Source: Catajapyx aquilonaris | Taxonomy: Eukaryota | Assembly: GCA_000934665.2 (NCBI GenBank) | Contig: JYFJ02001991.1 | Span: 44,965-64,964 of the forward strand | Reading direction: 5' to 3' | DNA length: 20,000 nt | In this document: piece after piece, positions 10,235 to 19,530 of the stretch | Numbering within the stretch: position 1 is the stretch's first letter | How the letters are laid out: each line of letters opens with the position of its first letter | The notes under the pieces: generated by a model | Databases searched by the model: none | Told to the model about the DNA's origin: nothing | The model's input: only the letters and a program-made list of their open reading frames with translations | Position numbers and translations under genes: made by a program

Positions 10235-11109
10235 AAAAAGCGCAGCAAAATGAAAGCAAAGAGTTCCAGGCAAAACAACAAAACTTCCCCCCTAAAGAGC
10301 CGATAGGCTGATAACGGCCCATACTGGCAGAACCTATTGACCTTTGACCCCGACCAATATACAAATAATCTATAAAAATAAATCAACCTAATCAAGAAGT
10401 TGGATCCCCTCCAGGAAAATTGGACTTTCTTGAACCTTCCATTTTGACCTCATCTGACTCCCACAATTTCTCTCTGAGAAATAGACCTCGGGTCGCTCTA
10501 GACCCTCGGAGAAGGTTGAGGGGTGAAAGTGAACAGCCTTCCATTTTCCGGGCTGTCTGCGGACTCGTTTTTGTAATTAGCCTAGAGGGGAGAACCGGAT
10601 TTCACGGGGCGTGACATTACTCCGGAGGGTTTTCCACCGGAAACCCTCTCTAGGCCTGAATCTGGTTCTAAGCCAGAAAATCGAGCCCCAATAACCCAAT
10701 ACCGGTTTTTACACAAAAATCAATCAAAACTACCCCCATATCACCCCAAATGTAATGGGGTTTGAAATATTTACTAGGAAAATACCATAAGATCATGAGT
10801 ATTACCTTGCCCCCTACCGCCCTCTCTGGAAATTGCCTCCAATTAAGTGGGATTACCCTACGATTCAGCGACGGGGATTAGGTTAGGTTAGACCTTTGGA
10901 ATGTTAACTAAGCACAGAGAGAGAGGGGGGGAGGGAAGCTTGGAAAATAATTAAAGTAGGCCTGAACATAGAAAAAATTTGTGGGGAGGGCTATAAATTC
11001 ATTGGGGTGTAGCACCATGAGCCTTTAATGTTGGTAGATTGTGAGTTATATGGCGATTAGAGTGGTCAGCGGTTATTTTCAGTAAGCTGAGGGAGTTGAT
11101 GGAAGATTT

Positions 11110-11712
11110 ACATAGTTGATGTTAAATGATAGAATCACTGTTAGGAACATATGGGCTAATCAGTGGGGGGAAAGGCCACATTTTAGGCACATTATTCCCC
11201 AAAACCTGGTTTTTAGACGTTTTACTGGATGACGAGCATGTCAGCTATCACTATACCAAATTTCAGCTGTCTAGCTCGTCTAGAAGTGGGTTAGACATCC
11301 CGGACAAAGGAACAGTATTTTGGAATGACAAGTACCGGCCTCAATTGGTCTGTAACTGGTTCTATATCCAAAAACTATACATTTTTAGATTTTTGTAGCA
11401 TACAGTGGTATCGTAGCTACCGGTATGCCAAATGTCAACTCTCTAGGTCGTCTAGAAGTTGGTTAAACAACCTGGACAAAGGAACAGTATTTTGGAATGG
11501 CAAGTACTGCTGTACTGCCACGACGGGCCGGAAATTGGTTTGTAACTGGTTCTATTTACAAAAACCACAGATGTGTAGATTTTTGTAGCATACAGTGGTA
11601 TCTTAGCTACCTGTATGCCAAATTTCAGCTCTCTATGTAGTCTAGAAGTAACTTAAATAGCCCACATATGCATACAAACAAACATTCCACTTTAAACTTA
11701 TATACTTTGGAT
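11110..11712 (-). mobile_element. Second, inverted copy of the Helitron-like repeat
   Basis: Minus strand begins a|TCcaaagtatataagtttaaagtggaatgtttgtttgtatg (TC start plus GTTT microsatellite, as in insect non-autonomous Helitrons). It has three subunits containing ccaaatttcagct..ctag...tctagaagt (~11256, 11428, 11618). No CTRR/hairpin 3' end was confirmed. Confidence 0.6.
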
Positions 11713-12120
11713 TTATTACATCGCTGACTTACAGCAACATTTATTGTCAGTTTTTTTGTTTGTATGCAGGCCCTACATTACTACATAAATATTATTCCCA
11801 CATTCAAAATCAAAATGGCTACCCCTGCTTTCAATGTTTATTGTGCATCTAGACTTACATTAACCCACTTTCCCTCAAAATATCCACGTACCTCTCCAAC
11901 TCTGTCACATTGCTAAGGGGACTATCGGAAATTTCCCCCCTCTCCTCCCCCTCTCTCCTCCTCTCCCCACTCCCCCCACACGCACACACAAAAAAAGTTC
12001 GATACTCTTTGACACCGTACATCCCCCGACTTTGCCCTAAATAAAGATCCACAAGCCAGTACGCAATAGTTTGTACCCCCAGCAAATGCCTCGTTGTATC
12101 TGTTTTTCTTGCATAAAAGA

Positions 12121-12185
12121 AGGGGGAGGGAGTAGGGGAGGGAGTAAGGGAGGGAGTAGGGGAGGGAGTAGGGGAGGGAGGGGTG
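12121..12185 (+). repeat. 12-bp G-rich tandem repeat (GGGGAGGGAGTA)n
   Basis: About five copies are directly visible and match the G-quadruplex consensus on the plus strand. Confidence 0.85.
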
Positions 12186-13369
12186 TATATTCCCTCTCCT
12201 CCCTACCCCACTTTCCAAACATCAAAGGAATGCCTTGGGCTCCCCCCTTCCCCTTGTGATGGTCCACAATCCACTGAGAGGAAGTCATGTTTGTACACTG
12301 TCAGGCCGCTCTCCCCACTTTTCCCCGCCTCTCCCCACTTCTCCCCGCTCCTCCCTGAAAATCAAGGGAGCATGAGACACTCGGCCAGACGCGCTTGTCC
12401 ACTTGCAGCCCTCGCCAACCGTGTTGCAAACCGGACAAGTAGAAATATTGTATTGACATGTGGCATGCCATGGGTTGCTATGGGTGGTAAGGCCACTCAG
12501 GCCACTCAGGAATGGGGGAAGTAAATAAGCACTTAGGTAGGAAGCCCCTATTTTGAATAGGGAGGGATTTTTTTTAAAGGACATTTGGTGATGTAAGTTG
12601 GACGAGCGCCTGGGAATGGCTGACATGTTGTCAGAGCTTGAGCGACCTAATTATATGGCCCCCACATAGCCCATATTGTGCCCATATGGTCTGAATATGG
12701 GCTATACGGGTCCCATATATGGCCACATATTGGTTGTGACATGTTTTGTGCGAATATATCTGCATTTTGACTTACGTGGTGTTTACGTGTTTATGAATAA
12801 ACTTATATTACAACAAACCCACAGCTTGACATGCACTGTATACAGAAATTCCAGACCAAATCAGGCGAATTTTGTTCTAAACTGTCATGGCCGCCAACGG
12901 TTACATCACTCCTAACGGTTCAATCTAGGCCCAGCTCTGTTCTTGATTATTGTGGACCTTTCTCAGGGCCCAGCACAGGAAAACAATAAGGTAGAAAACC
13001 CGTGTCTGTATGGGCTGCGGTGACGTCCACAATAAAGAGGAAGCCGTTGAGTTTTCCTGCACCTTTGGGATTGCCTCTGGGCTTCAAGCCAAACCGGAAG
13101 CCATGTTGTCTCTTCCTTCCCCCTTCCATTTCCAAACGTGTTCTGGTTTCGAAACGCTTGATTCTAGAACCGTGTAGCGGTAAAAGAAACTTCAATCCTG
13201 ATTTTTTGATTGGCCATAAAATCCCCATAGCATCAGGTGTATTGGAGACAACCCTCTTTATTTTTGTAGCTCTCCTGGATATTCCTGGAATCAATTGGAG
13301 TCTGGAACTTGTTCTGAGAAAAGAATGGACTAGAATCGTGACTATTTTGCTCCAAAGTATTGTCCTAAG

Positions 13370-13790
13370 GCTAGTATCCACTTGGGCCAACTCACGACTC
13401 AGTACAAAGCACAGCCTGTATTTGGGCCAACACACGACTTAGGACAAAGCAGGTAGCCTCCGCCCAGGCCCACCACTTGATATAGACGTATCCACGCCAT
13501 CTTCTGGCGAAACTCCCAACTCAATCTCTACCTAACGGCTAGTTCAGGCCTACTTATGCCATCTTCTGACCTTCATAAATCATCTGACCTCAAAGGGTCA
13601 CTCATAGTCGTGGTCGTGGTTCAAACATACACCGATTGTGCCCAACTTGTCTCTTCGGACTAGCCTCATCCCAGGACATCATACGACTCAGTACAAAGCA
13701 AGTAGACTCCTTCCAGGCCCACCTAATAGACGCATCCACGCCATCTTCTGGCGAAACTTCAAACTTACTAACGGCCATTTAGTAACTGTA
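13370..13790 (-). repeat. Inverted, diverged copy of the dispersed repeat seen at 198-1290 and ~19400-19530, with an internal duplication
   Basis: acgact.ag.acaaagca.gtag...ccaggcccacc...atagacg.atccacgccatcttctggcgaaact occurs at ~13433-13515 and ~13683-13759. ctagcctcatcc and cacacgactt are reverse complements of motifs at 890-911. Confidence 0.55.
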
Positions 13791-13831
13791 TCTTACTGTT
13801 TACTAACTAACAATCAGTTTTGTAACAATAC

Positions 13832-13938
13832 CTTATAGGAGCCAAGGTTTTTGACCGAACAGGCCAGCTTCACCTCTCGTCCTGCGGGCACCGTGATGTT
13901 CTCTATCGCTTCGGCGAACTCCGGTTCTTCACTAGTCC
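13832..13938 (-). CDS. Internal coding exon of a DIP/lachesin (IgLON-like) Ig-superfamily cell-adhesion gene, N-terminal half of Ig domain 1; DIP-epsilon/zeta-like
   Basis: Minus strand reads tttgtgtctattccAG|GG ACT AGT GAA...TCC TAT AAG|GTattg. The acceptor AG is at 13940-13939 and the donor GT at 13831-13830. The exon is 2 nt + 35 codons: TSEEPEFAEAIENITVPAGREVKLACSVKNLGSYK. The pattern PxF..I.N.TV..GR...L.C.V.NLG.YK is the recognisable start of DIP/lachesin Ig1 and normally continues VAW. The subfamily call is from memory, not a search. Confidence 0.92.
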
Positions 13939-14014
13939 CTGGAATAGACACAAATAGAGTCTGTGAATTGTTGAAACTCATTAATTGTACAGTATGTCCA
14001 CACTGTGCCAAGTT

Positions 14015-14804
14015 GTGTGAATTTTCGGAGTCCCTAGTCACTTCGGATATAGTAGACATTTTCACGGGCACACTTCGGATATAGTAGACATTTTCACGGG
14101 CACACTTCGGATATAGTAGACATTTTCACGGGCACACTTCGGATATAGTAGACCAGAGTCCTACGCCAGATGATCCCTGACGTTATTTTAACGACTTTTA
14201 CGTCAACTTCACGTCAAACTATCGTCTCACTGGTACAATAGTCGTTACACTCCTTGACGTTTGTTTGACGTTTGACGTTTGCTGACGTTACACTTCTTGG
14301 TGTACACTTCTTGACATTAAAAGTCGTTAAATTGACGTACACTTCTTGACGTTAAAAGTCGTTAAATTGACGTACACTTCTTGGCGTTAAAAGTCGTTAA
14401 ATTGACGTAAAAGTTGTTAAAATAACGTCAGGGATCATGCGTGGGACACTGGTCTACTATATCCGAAGTGTGCACGTAAAAGTCTACTTTTTTGTTACCC
14501 CGTGATAGGGCTCGAGGCCCTCTCAGGGGGGAAGGGGAGGTTCCCAAGGGAGGGCGCCGTGCGACAGCCATTTCTGACATTTTTTATTACCAGGACTTTT
14601 CTCCTGGCCCTGGGAAGAATAGGGAGTGCAATTCTGCCCCGGCACGTCGGATGAAAAGCGGAAAAGACCCGGCCAAGCAGTGGTGACTGCGACGGGATTT
14701 GAACCCCGGACCTCCCGCTTGGCTGGCCAGTGGCACTAGACCACCATACCGCCCAGTAAAAGTCTACTATATCCGAAGTAGCTTGGGACTCCGAAAATTC
14801 ACAC
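14015..14804. mobile_element. Foldback/MITE-type DNA element with modular long inverted arms
   Basis: gtgtgaattttcggagtccc (14015-14034) is the exact reverse complement of gggactccgaaaattcacac (14785-14804). The arms continue through 32-bp subrepeats (cttcggatatagtagac at 14041, 14073, 14105, 14137) and atgatccctgacgttattttaac / gttaaaataacgtcagggatcat. The centre holds 35-bp GACGT-rich repeats. ACTGTGCC is present on both flanks (14002-14009 and 14806-14813). Confidence 0.85.
14489..14755 (-). mobile_element. tRNA-derived SINE family B, full-length, nested in a foldback element
   Basis: Minus strand has a GGGCGGTATGGTGGTCTAGTG head, B-box GGTTCAAATCC and 3' end CACGGGGTAAC + oligo-A. Perfect 13-bp TSD GTAAAAGTCTACT at 14476-14488 and 14756-14768. 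Confidence 0.9.
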
Positions 14805-15234
14805 TACTGTGCCTTAATAATAGACCTTAATCACGTCAAAACCACCTGTACATTTTTTTTGATAATAATTTTTGAACACTGTACCTGCATGTCGTGCAAC
14901 TTCTCCAAACAATACATCATATCCAGCTGACATTGTTACCCCCCGAAATTACAGCTTGTCAGTGACATATTGCCCCCCACAGGTCCTTAATATCTCGAGT
15001 CAAGTCGGAAAAAGATATACCCACAAAAGCCATCATTCAATAACAATTTTCAGGTTAAGGTTTCATGATGAAGAGTCTAATTTTTGGGAGTGAACTTACA
15101 CGGAAGTTATCTGGAGCCTCGAAGCACGCTAACAGTTTCTTCTGACCTCGATAACACGCAAGGCAAAGTCCAAGTTCGTGTCCTCTATCTACAGGTTCCA
15201 AAAAGTACGAATTTTCTATCAGTTTCTGACCTAT

Positions 15235-16092
15235 CGCTCTTTAAAACCGGTTACGTAGTATATTTATGGCGAATTAAGGTAAAAATGGCATGGAAAATCA
15301 TCAATGGCGACGTACCGTGACTGGCAGGGCCGTAAGACGACCAGTACGCTTGAAAACCAGCGTTTGTAACGGTTACACATGATTTATCGGAGAATTTAGG
15401 TAAAAATGGGATTGTTACCTCGAAAAATCATCACGGGCGACGTACCGTGCCTGGCAGGGCCGTAAGACGACCAGTACTCTTTAAAACCGACGGATACACA
15501 TGATATTTCTGGAGAATGTAGGTACAAATGGCAGAGTGTCACCATGGATACTCAGACAAGGCGATGTACCGTGCCTGGCAGGGCCACAAGACGGCCAGTA
15601 CTCTTCAAAACCAGAGTTTGTAACGGTTACACATGATATTGCTGGTAGGGCTGTGCAATATTTCGATACATCGACTGTCGATACGATATTTTCCTAATAC
15701 GGAAGTTGCGATATCCGACGCTTGGCATGTGCGATGTATCGAATATCGCGATTTGTCGACGTCGGTTTTCGATATTTTTCGATGCCGGTTCGATGTCGGT
15801 TTTTGATATTTTTCGATGCCGGTTCGATGTCGGTTTTTGATATTTTCGATGTAGGTTCGATGTCGGTTTTTCGATTTTAGATATATCGACTTCGATTCGA
15901 TATTTTTTGAGTATCGAAAGTAGATACTATGCAATTTCGGATATCGCACAGCCCTAATTTCTGGATAATTTAGGTACAAATGGCAGAGAGGCATGGAAAA
16001 TCAACAAAGGCGACGTACCGTGCCTGGCAGGGACACAAGACGCCCAGTCCTCTTTAAAATAAGTGTTTGTAACGGTTATAGACATGATATGC
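15235..16092. repeat. ~120-130 bp tandem repeat, four copies, interrupted by a hAT MITE
   Basis: ggcgacgtaccgtgcctggcagggccgtaagacgaccagtac at ~15306, 15436, 15560 and 16009. Confidence 0.85.
15646..15956. mobile_element. hAT-type MITE (311 bp, 8-bp TSD)
   Basis: TIRs TAGGGCTGTGCaATAT / ATATcGCACAGCCCTA. TSD is ATTGCTGG (15638-15645) / ATTTCTGG (15957-15964). The neighbouring host unit shows a single empty site ATTTCTGG at 15505-15512. The interior is packed with TCGA/CGAT motifs. Confidence 0.9.
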
Positions 16093-16675
16093 CTCCAGAC
16101 TATTCCCCTTTAAAAATAGGTTTTCGCTCTAAAAAGAGAAGTTCTCTAAGTGCATCGTTGGAACCCTTGTTTACTCATTCGTCCGTTGGGAGTCGCTGGC
16201 CGAAATGTTCCGGGATGCCATTTGAGCCAATCAGGTCTATGGTCCAGGAAGCGTCATTGGCATGGATGGAAAGCGACACAAAGAGTACCAGGCACGGAAA
16301 AATCCCTTCGGAATGACCCAATACGCTTCCATGGTTTTGGAGGTTGTACACACACTCACATACTAAAATAGGAGAGACGCCCCCTTTTATTTCCAGGAGA
16401 ACAAGAGGGGGCAGCACCGTAGCTCTTTTGTTTCGCTAAAATGTTTAGCCTAGCAATGGCTAGTCAAACATTTGCATTCTTTTAGAGTTGTATTGGGTAC
16501 ATGTGTGGTCATATACGATGTACTGGTGTGGGTAATAGGTGTACAAATGGCTAAAAGTAACTATTAAAACGAGATGTAATAATATCTGATATGTCCAAGA
16601 GACATATGGTACTGATACTGCTAAGTTAGCAGTAACTAGCAGTGGGACGAAAATTTCACCTAAGATTACGCGATG

Positions 16676-17526
16676 GTGATTTGAGTATACTTTTTTTTGA
16701 TTTTCAGGACAACCGGAAGTGGCAGATCACCAAAGTTGACTTGTAGCCTACGAGTATTTAGGCTGAATCCGAATGTGAAATCAGTTTGTTGCTATCTCAT
16801 ACGGTTTAGGCTCTGATGCATGTCCACAGACGGACGGACGGACGGACAGCCGAACCAGCCAAATAAATACACAACTATCTTGAAAATAAAATAAATAACT
16901 ATCTTGAAAATAAAATAAATAACTATCTTGAAAATAAAATAAATAACTATCTTGAAAATAAAATAAATAACTATCTTGAAAATAAAATAAATAACTATCT
17001 TGAAAATAAAATAAATAACTATCTTGAAAATAAAATAAATAACTATCCTGAAAATAAAATAAATAAATAACTAGATAAGTAAATAACTAGGTAAGTAAAT
17101 AAATAACTAGGTAAGTAAATAAATAAATGAATAAGTAATGGTTGAAAATAAAAGAACTAGCTAAAAATAAATAAATAAATAACTGTCTTGAAAATAAAAT
17201 ACCTCTAGCTAAGTAAAAAATATCTAGCTAAGAAAATAAAATAACTAGCTAAATAAATAAATACTTAGCTATGCAAATAAATAGCTGTATAGAAACGGTC
17301 TAAAAACCTAATTATGTTTTATATCAATCATATATGATATGGCTATAAAAATGTTACCCTAGTGTGATTCGAGTGGACTTTTTCTCATTAGACAGCGGAT
17401 AAATAAGGCCTAATGGTGAACTTTTATTGCCTATTTCGGTCACGCTGAATCCGAATCTGAAACCAGTTTGTCGCTATCTCATACGGTTGAGGCTATGATA
17501 CGTGTCCACGGACGGACAGACGGCCA
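16676..17526 (-). mobile_element. DINE/Helentron-like non-autonomous repeat, two units separated by a minisatellite
   Basis: gctgaatccgaat.tgaaa.cagtttgt.gctatctcatacggtt.aggct.tgat...tgtccac.gacggac at ~16762-16850 and ~17445-17522, with a (GGAC)n microsatellite. The family assignment is inferred from the GTCY microsatellite plus tandem core repeats. Confidence 0.6.
16872..17285. repeat. 24-bp A-rich minisatellite
   Basis: aactatcttgaaaataaaataaat, about 8 near-perfect copies at 16874-17064, then degenerate aaataactag variants. Confidence 0.95.
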
Positions 17527-18231
17527 CATTTCATTGTATAGGAAAATGTTTAAAAGCCAAATTCTGATATATGCAACTAATTTAGGTCAGTATTAACAAT
17601 CCTACTTTTTCCACACAAAAAATAAGCCTATCACAATAGACCAACGTCTATTAATGCCCTATTAGGCCATGCCTCTTGTAACCAACAATAGCACTCATAG
17701 GGTCAACGTACCTCATCCCCCGTCTCCTTCCAACCGAACCTAACTCCCTATTTTCCTCCAATGAAATTTCGTGGTTTCTCTCCCCCCTCTACCGCCCCCT
17801 GCCCTACCGCCCCCCTTACCGCCCCCCGGTACAGTATTTCAGATATTCGAACTCCTCTCAGATCCCCTCTCGATTTTCGAATGAAAATAGTATGCAAACA
17901 GTCGAACGGCAATCACCGAGTCTTCAAACCCTCTCCTCCTCCCCGCTTTTACTCCCTATCCACTCCATCCCCCTGGAGCTGAAAAGTATGAATTCCTTGC
18001 GCAAACTTTTCGTCTGACCTACTGACTCTATTCAAGTGGAAGTTATGAAGTGCCTTTCAGAAAATTTCCGGAACGATCGTTAGCGCTGAAGGATGCCATC
18101 TTCCTTCCTTGAAAAGGAAGTCTCCCCACTCCCCCGCCAACCCCTACTTTAGAAATAATTTTTTTTAAAAAATCATCTCGAAAATATGTTTCTTAACCTA
18201 GATAATTTTTTGATTTTTTAAACTCTTTTTA

Positions 18232-19278
18232 AGAACGGTTTTGTCCATCTGTCTGTCAGTGAACAGGTATCAGGGCCTAAACTACATGAGATAGAGACAA
18301 ACTGTTTTCTAATTCGGATTCAGCTGGACAAAATAGGTTTAATGGTCAACTTTGAGAACGGTTCTGTCAGTCTGTCCGTCCGTGGACATGTATCAGAGGC
18401 TAAACCGTATGAGATAGCGACAAACGGTTTTCGTATTCAGATTCATCGTGACCGAAATAGGCCGAAAGGTTAACTTTCGACCTTATTCCCCGCTGTATAA
18501 TGAGAAAAACTATACTCTAATCACACTCTCATGATTTGCCAATCGTTTTAAATAATGGCTGTAAATTTAACAAATGTAGTCACTTCCAGGACTAAGGTAG
18601 AAGAATTTGTGTTAAATTTTTAACTATTTTTCAGACGTTTTTGAACAGTTCTGTTCGTATGTCCGTCCGTGGACAGGTATCAAGGCCTAAACTACCTGAG
18701 ATAGCTACAAACGGTTTTCGGATTCAGATATAGCGTGACCAAAATAGGCCTAATGGTCAACTTTCGGCCTCATTATACTCTGACTAATGAGAAAAAGTTT
18801 ACTCGAATTGCACTCGATTGATTTGCCAATCGCTTTTAATAATGGCTGTAAAGTTAACAACTGTACAGTCATTTCCAGGAGTACGGTAACAGCCTTATAT
18901 AATTTTCGTTAAATTTCTAACTCTAATTTAGACATTTTAGATAAAAACCGGTTCTGTCCGTCTGTCTGTCAGTGGACAGGTATCAGGGTCTAAACCGCAG
19001 GAGATAGCGACAAACTGCTTTCAGATTCGGATTCACTGGATCCTAAATATGTGTAATGGTCATCTTCCTGTGACCGCTGCCACTTTCGGGTTTCCGGGTT
19101 CACTTTATCCGCCAATGTCAAAAATGTCCTTGAGTATATATTATTGTCATCCTCATACCCCGTTGCCCAATCAGAAAGTATACTCGAATCACACTCCCGT
19201 GATTTGCCAGTCTTGTTTCGTAATGGCGGTAAATCTTGTGACTGTACAGTGTACAGTCACTTCCAGGAGTAAGGTAGC
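18232..19278 (+). mobile_element. Four tandem units of the same DINE/Helentron-like repeat, opposite orientation
   Basis: gtcygtc.gtggaca.gtatcag.g.ctaaac....gagatagc.acaaac.g.tttc...attc.gattca at ~18250, 18370, 18660 and 18960, spaced ~300 bp for the last three. Each full unit continues to actcgaatcacactc...gatttgcca. Confidence 0.65.
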
Positions 19279-19404
19279 AGACCTGAAGCTCAATTTAGCC
19301 TCCAAGAGAGTTGCTCCGATGACAAGTCGTAAGGAAGACGCTATTTTGAACTTAGATCTACTGCCTTATTATTTGTGACGCCCCTCACTAGGGGGAGGGC
19401 TCTT

Positions 19405-19530
19405 TTGTTGTGAGTCGTGAAACTGCCTGACTTCGGGCTAGTCGCAATAAACGGACCTGTGCATAATTAGACCACGACCCTGAGTGACCTTACGGGGTCA
19501 GGGGGGTGACCTGAGTAGGTCAACCCTAAC
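19405..19530 (+). repeat. Copy of the same dispersed repeat family, with twin TGACCT-N4-RGGTCA palindromes
   Basis: tgagtcgt...gggctagtc...accacgac..tgagtgacc.t...gggtcag aligns to the reverse complement of 13584-13690. Confidence 0.55.

Noticed and set aside
12947..13442. Antiparallel 162-aa and 146-aa ORFs
   Set aside because: No Ig, reverse-transcriptase or transposase motifs recognised, and no VAW-type continuation of the DIP exon. A BLASTX search would be needed to exclude a decayed TE fragment.
13939..14071. N-terminal part of the 85-aa ORF as coding sequence
   Set aside because: It lies upstream of a good acceptor AG and runs into the foldback element; only 13832-13938 is exon.
14040..14155. 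CRISPR-like appearance of 32-bp repeats (also the 40-bp array at 2030-2960 and the array at 15235-16092)
   Set aside because: The units are contiguous tandem copies without unique spacers, the context is eukaryotic and there are no cas genes.
19141..19170. Possible fifth copy of the retroposon terminus (minus strand ACGGGGTATGA)
   Set aside because: Only an ~11-nt match, with no upstream hairpins and no TSD.
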